A DNA stretch of 64,000 bases from Curvularia clavata (lineage: Eukaryota), in the NCBI GenBank assembly GCA_023920165.1, contig CP089278.1, forward strand, positions 3,100,001 through 3,164,000. Reading direction: 5' to 3'. The notes beneath the pieces are model-generated. The model was not told where the DNA came from. It saw only the letters and a program-made list of their open reading frames with translations, and searched no databases. This document shows positions 62,101-64,000 of the stretch, in pieces. Each line of letters begins with the position of its first letter. The first letter of the stretch is position 1. Made by a program: the position numbers and the translations under genes.

Positions 62101-63854
62101 CTAAACCTTCTGCGCAGCATCCTCGACCCGCTCAGGACTCTGCTCCAACCCCTTCTTACTCTCAAACTGGCCCCTCTCGGCATTACGTGTAGAGCTGTAC
62201 TCAACCTTCGTCTTGTACGCAGGAATGCCCCTCATAAACATCTCTTCGACATCTTCAAGCGTCTTTCCAGCTGTCTCTGGGAAAAGGAAGAAAGTGTGAA
62301 CAGCCATGGCAGCGCAGAAGCAACCAAAGACAAGGTACACCTTCCACTGAATATTGACGAAAGCCGGAGGAACGAAGTATGAAAGCGCAAAGTTGAAGAT
62401 CCAATTAGCGGAGGTGGAGAGAGCAACGGCCTTGCCACGGATGCGTAGGGGGAAGATTTCAGGCGGGTAGACCCATGAGGCTGGACCCCAGGTGGGAGCG
62501 TAAGAGGCGACGAAGAGGTATGTGCAGGCGATGACGGCCTTTGCGGGAGCACCGCTGATTTCCCAAGATTGCTCGGCAATGTTGTTGAGACCGCCTGGGG
62601 GTGCGGGGCGGCCGTACGAAGCCATGAGTCCGGCGTTGGCGAACATCCAGGTCATCATAAGGACGGCGCCAATGACGAACATAGGTCGGCGGCCCCAGCG
62701 GTCCATGAAGAGAAGAGCCGGCACAGTCATGAGCACGTTGATGATGTACTGGATCGAACTGGAAACGAGGTTGATGTTTCCGGTGAGACCTGCCATTCCA
62801 AAGACGTAGGTGATGTAATACCTAGAGGAAGATTAGCGCCAAATATGTTCGAAGCGAGTTTTCGATTACATACATCATAACGTTCATGCCAGTAAGCTGG
62901 GACCAGATCTGCGTGAAAACACCAATGTGGAGGCGGTTAATCATGTTGGGCTTGAACAGCTCCATGAAGGAGACATCGGCATTCTGGCGCTCGAATTCGA
63001 TAGCTTGGCGGATTTCGTCCATCTCAAGCTTGACAAAGGGGCTGTTAGGGTCACCCTTGCCATGAACCAGGGTAAGAACGGCGGCAGTCTCTTCCCAGCG
63101 ATCATGACGGGCGAGCCAACGTGGTGATTCGGGGAGGAATACGAGGCCAATTGCAAGAAATATGGCTGGAATCATTTGGAGGGCCCATGGGACGCGGAAG
63201 GCCTTGGGTCCGTCCAAGAAAGTACAACCGTAGGAGATGTAAAACATTATAAGTATACCCCATGTAATGGCCCACTGCGTTATTGGAATGATAAGCAAAT
63301 GCAAAAATACACTCCAGGTGTCGATAACATACCTGTTGACTTCCGACAACACGACCACGGCGAGAAGGTGGGGCCAGTTCAGAGACGTAGACAGGAACTT
63401 GAGCAGAGCAGATACCGACAGAGAGACCGTTGATAAAGCGACCAACGATGAGCATACCAATGTTCTGGGCAGCACAAGAAATCACTGATCCGATGATCCA
63501 GATGAGACAGCCAATTTGGATAGCACGACGACGGCCCAACTTGTCTGTGAGATAACCGGAGACGAGAGCACCAATAAAGGAGCCACCAGGCATGGCGGCT
63601 GTGATACCGCCTTGAACATTGGCTGTCGGGCCAGAGCATGCGTCTTCAGGGCCGGTAAAAGGCGGGCCCAAAGGACCCTGATTAAAGTAGCAGCGGTATT
63701 GCTGAGTTGGCAGACTGTCAATGTCAGTATTTGCTTTTTCTGGTGAGTCGTGGTGGAATTACATTGCACTCATCGAACTGATATCGAAGCCGAAGAGGCC
63801 ACCGCCAATGACCGCAATGGCGGTGATGCCATAGATGTTGCCGATCTGATACAT
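62101..63854 (-). CDS. MFS high-affinity glucose transporter (HGT1-like), multi-exon
   Basis: IGGGLFGFDISSM, DKLGRR, QWAITWGI, PESPRWL, QLTGMNVMMY, PETAGKTLE. Confidence 0.93.
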
Positions 63855-64000
63855 GATGCCCGTTTCTTGTCTCGTCAACCAACCCTGAGCAAGTGTGTAT
63901 TAAGGGAGCCCGAGGTTGAACAGGCGTGGTTGAAGAACAAATGTTAACGAGGGGCACCCGAAGGACTTAAATGTCTTGGTGCCCCAGTACCATGGATCAG

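Overview
Gene-dense, intron-containing DNA from a filamentous ascomycete. The introns are short (about 45-70 nt) with GT-AG ends and CTRAC-type branch points. The gene content suggests a Dothideomycete/Pleosporales-like fungus, which is an inference. About 27 protein-coding genes can be modelled. Housekeeping genes include tRNase Z, fibrillarin NOP1 divergent from RPL17, the ARL3/ARFRP1 GTPase, glutamate decarboxylase, LEU4 and a DENN-like protein. Others are two SDRs, two MFS sugar transporters, two Zn2Cys6 transcription factors, a GH128 glucanase, a heme-thiolate peroxygenase, a class II aldolase, a PTH11-like receptor and several hypotheticals. No rRNA, tRNA, CRISPR array or intact transposon was seen. 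The standout is a three-gene module at 26.5-30.6 kb. A HeLo-like/SesA-type putative cell-death effector carries a C-terminal two-repeat amyloid-like motif (SNNESHDESVQINGPV / KDNHSKDKSLQFNYAM). It lies directly downstream of a small spliced gene whose N-terminus carries one copy of the same motif (SRNISSGNAVQINGPV). That partner is not an NLR but a retropepsin-like pseudo-protease, and a second retropepsin-like pseudo-protease is transcribed divergently from it. This looks like a fungal amyloid-signalling system with a non-NLR trigger. All domain calls are by eye and need profile-search confirmation.
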